A stretch of 64,000 nucleotides of DNA, taken from positions 78,926,001 through 78,990,000 of the forward strand of contig NC_067399.1 in assembly GCF_016432865.1 (NCBI RefSeq), given 5' to 3'. The translations under genes and the position numbers were made by a program. The notes under the pieces were generated by a model. It searched no databases. It was not told the origin of the DNA and was given only the letters and a program-made list of their open reading frames with translations. Source of the stretch: Antechinus flavipes. Lineage: Eukaryota. How positions within the stretch are numbered: position 1 is the first letter of the stretch; every line of letters begins with the position of its first letter. This document shows, piece after piece, positions 61,086 through 64,000 of the stretch.

Positions 61086-63127
61086 ATTGGGTAGAAGTTT
61101 TGAGAGGCAGATCTCAATTCAGCTGAGCCTCACTAAAAATCAGAACAATCTTACAATAGAAGAGGCTTGACAGGTATGGAATTTCTATCATTAGAAGCCT
61201 TAAATTAGAGGCTGAATGATTATTTGTTAAAAAATATTGTTGAGGATAGAGTTCCTTGGGTGTTTGGACTATATTCACTCTGAAATTCCTTCTCTTCTGA
61301 AACTATATAGTTGCCTTATCTCTCACGACTAAAATATTTTCCATTACCCAGAAAACACAATAATAATTCATTCTGATACCCAATTCATTGCCAAAGATTT
61401 ACAAGAAACAACACTTTCTTTCCCACATGGATTCCATGAAAATCCAGATCAAATAACTATTTGTCTTCTATCTACCCCCACAGCCACCAATTTAGACTTT
61501 TAACACTTCTCACTTGCATTATTTCTTTACCCTTCAAATTGGTCAGCTTGCCTCAATAACTTGTCTTCTTTATTCCATTATAGGCATAGTAACTGACATT
61601 TGTATAGTACTTAAACATGACAGTTTTGTTAAGTACTTAGAAGATATATGACCTTTGACATGACTATTTTAATAACATTTAATTAATATTTTTAAAAATT
61701 AACATTTTTAAAAACAAAGGTCAATACCTTATATAGTATAGTGTGGTAGATTATGAGTGAGGAAACCTCAGTACAAGTTGTAGAACTGTTACTAACTTAC
61801 TCTATGAACTTGAGTAGGTTACATAATTTCTCTGGACCTCTTTCTTCTTCTATAAAATGAGAGGGTGGTGAAACAGATGCTCTTAAAGATCCTCTCTAGG
61901 TCCAGATCCTAGGATCCTATATTTTCTGGCTTAATGTTGGTCTGGTCATTGATTTACATAAAAATGATTGCAGCATTTTTCATATTCTGGAATGAGGGAC
62001 CCAGTTCTTAGCTTGGAGTCAATTAGGTTTAGCTTAAAAATGAAAAATTCACCTTGAAAGATTAGACACTTAACCAGCAGATCTATAAAGTGAAGACAAA
62101 GTTTGGGAGAGTTGAACTCAAAGAATAAGATTTCAGTTCTTGACATAACTCTACCAAAAGTTGTATACCTAAGAGGAATTTAATATGGTAGATGAAATCC
62201 CAAAACTTTCCTTTGACATGACCACCATTTTATTTTCTTTTAATTTTGTTTAGACCTGGTTGTTTGTATGTTGTCTCCTCCCATCCCCCAATAGATAGTG
62301 AATTCCTTAAGAGCAGAGACTGAATATGTTTTATAATTTTTGAATCACCAATACTTAGCATAGTGATGGGCACATGGGAAGTACTTACTACATATTTATT
62401 GGCAAACTAACAGGCCAGGCTTATGCACATGGACTTTGAACCCCTAATTATAGGAGAAAGCATGGGGAATAAAACTCCATTTTGGAATTTCAAGGATTAA
62501 CCATTTGCTGTTTATAACAATGTTGCTGAAGTTTTAGAGAGAAAAAAAAAATTGTACTTTCTCTCCAATATAGGAGAGAGCAGTGATTACAAAGGAAAAC
62601 TAGAACAATTGGGGGTAGGTGAGTACCAATCACAGGGCATGCAGGTACATGTTTCTTCTTGAAGCTTTTTTTCTTCAAAGATTCGAGCACATTTTATACT
62701 GATGCCTAATAAGTCAGCAAATCAAATAACCAATACTTTTTATGCCCAAATTGTATGTCTGACATTTTGCTAGATGCTGGGTACATAAAGACAAATAGTT
62801 TACTCCTGTTCCTCAAAAAGTCTGGGTTTTATCTGAAGAGACAACACATACATATATAAATATAAACAAAATATTTGCAAAAGAAATACTAGGTAATTGA
62901 GGGAGAAAGTCACTTCTAACTAGGAGAAAGAGGAACATTTCATGTAGAAAGTGATATTCTAGATGCATATGAATAAATATCTGTATATATGTCTATNNNN
63001 NNNNNNNNNNNNNNNNNNNNNNNNNNNNNNNNNNNNNNNNNNNNNNNNNNNNNNNNNNNNNNNNNNNNNNNNNNNNNNNNNNNNNNNNNNNNNNNNNNNN
63101 NNNNNNNNNNNNNNNNNNNNNNNNNNN

Positions 63128-63400
63128 GTAGCCTACTGTTGGGGGGGAAAGGAAGGGTGAAAAAAGAATAAAGGAAAAGATACCCAGCACAGAACAAAAG
63201 AAAAGCTACAAGAAAACAAAGAAAAGATAAACATCCCTGAACCAAACATGCAGTACTTATTATATAAGCTTTCTTGAAATGGAAATATATTGCTTTGTAT
63301 TTTGAATCTTCTTTTATGTTCCACTATGCAAACGGCAATTTTTTTCTTTTCTTATTTTGTATTTGTTTAAAATAAATTTTAAAAAAGAAAGAAAGAAAAA
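63128..63400 (+). mobile_element. Old L1 3' end
   Basis: GCTTTCTTGAAATGGAAATATATTG...TTTAAAATAAATTTTAAAAAAGAAAG tail. Confidence 0.7.
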
Positions 63401-64000
63401 AGAAAATGATGTTTGAGCTTAGTTTTGAAGGAAACTAGAGATCATATAATGCAGAGGTAAGGAGTCAGTGCATTCCTGGTATGAGAGATTATCACCAGTG
63501 CAAAGGCATAGTTTGGCTAAACATAGAATATATGATATTGAATGATGTATTATGAGGTTGGAAAAGTAGATTGGGATCGGGTTGTGAAGGACCTTCATTG
63601 CCAAACAGAAAACTTTGTATTTGATCAGAGGGACGATAGGGAGACACTGGAATTTATTAAGCTGACTTGGTCAGACTTGAATTTTAAGAATATCACTTGG
63701 CAGTTGTGTAGAGAATGGATCGAAGAGAGGAGAGACTTGAGGTCAAGAGAATCCAGTTAAGAAGCTATTGCATCAGTTTAGGCAGTAGGGACCTGGACTA
63801 GGGTAGTGGTTGCCTAGATAAAAAAAGTTGGAACAAAAGGTTTTTTTAGAGGCAGAAACAAGGAGATTTGGAAACTGATTGAGTATGTTGGGGATTGGAA
63901 ATTAAGGAACTGAGAAAGTCTCTGAAGTTAGTAACTTGGGTGGCTACCCTTGATAGAAGTAGAGAAGTTCAGAGGAGCCATGGGATTGTGGGGAAAGATA
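63400..64000 (-). mobile_element. L2 fragment (continues the L2 3' piece at about 62700-62960)
   Basis: TTTGAGCTTAGTTTTGAAGG...GATCGGGTTGTGAAGGACCTTCATTGCCAAACAG, L2-like. Confidence 0.75.

Overview
AT-rich, repeat-dense, non-coding mammalian DNA. The repeat content (WSINE1, Mar1, WALLSI-type RTE-SINEs, MIR, L2, CR1/L3, marsupial L1 3' ends and an OC1-type hAT MITE) points to an Australian marsupial, most likely a dasyurid such as the Tasmanian devil; this is inference from repeat recognition. The assembly is draft quality, with five N-gaps (18258-18940, 27907-28395, 33805-33998, 44242-44417, 62997-63127; 1673 nt in total). I could not recognise any host protein-coding exon, tRNA, rRNA or snRNA. 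The ORF-track entries with recognisable protein are retroelement fossils: L1 ORF2 C-terminus at 31590-31913, CR1/L3 RT at 29926-30189, and L2 endonuclease overlapping 57243-57653. The rest are chance, low-complexity or gap artefacts. The window therefore looks intergenic or deep-intronic, and I cannot name the locus. The most interesting material is a set of unique, repeat-free islands with clustered regulatory motifs: a perfect DR5 RARE next to an HNF4 site, a CpG-retaining TATA element followed by a splice donor, and an ISRE/ETS/RUNX/GATA/MEF2 cluster. Also notable are candidate minus-strand non-coding exons and well-preserved retrotransposition signatures (TSDs, short 3' tags, an orphan poly(A) insertion). 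I found no evidence for a novel protein-coding system. Repeat family names come from remembered consensus sequences, not a database search, and boundaries without a TSD are approximate.
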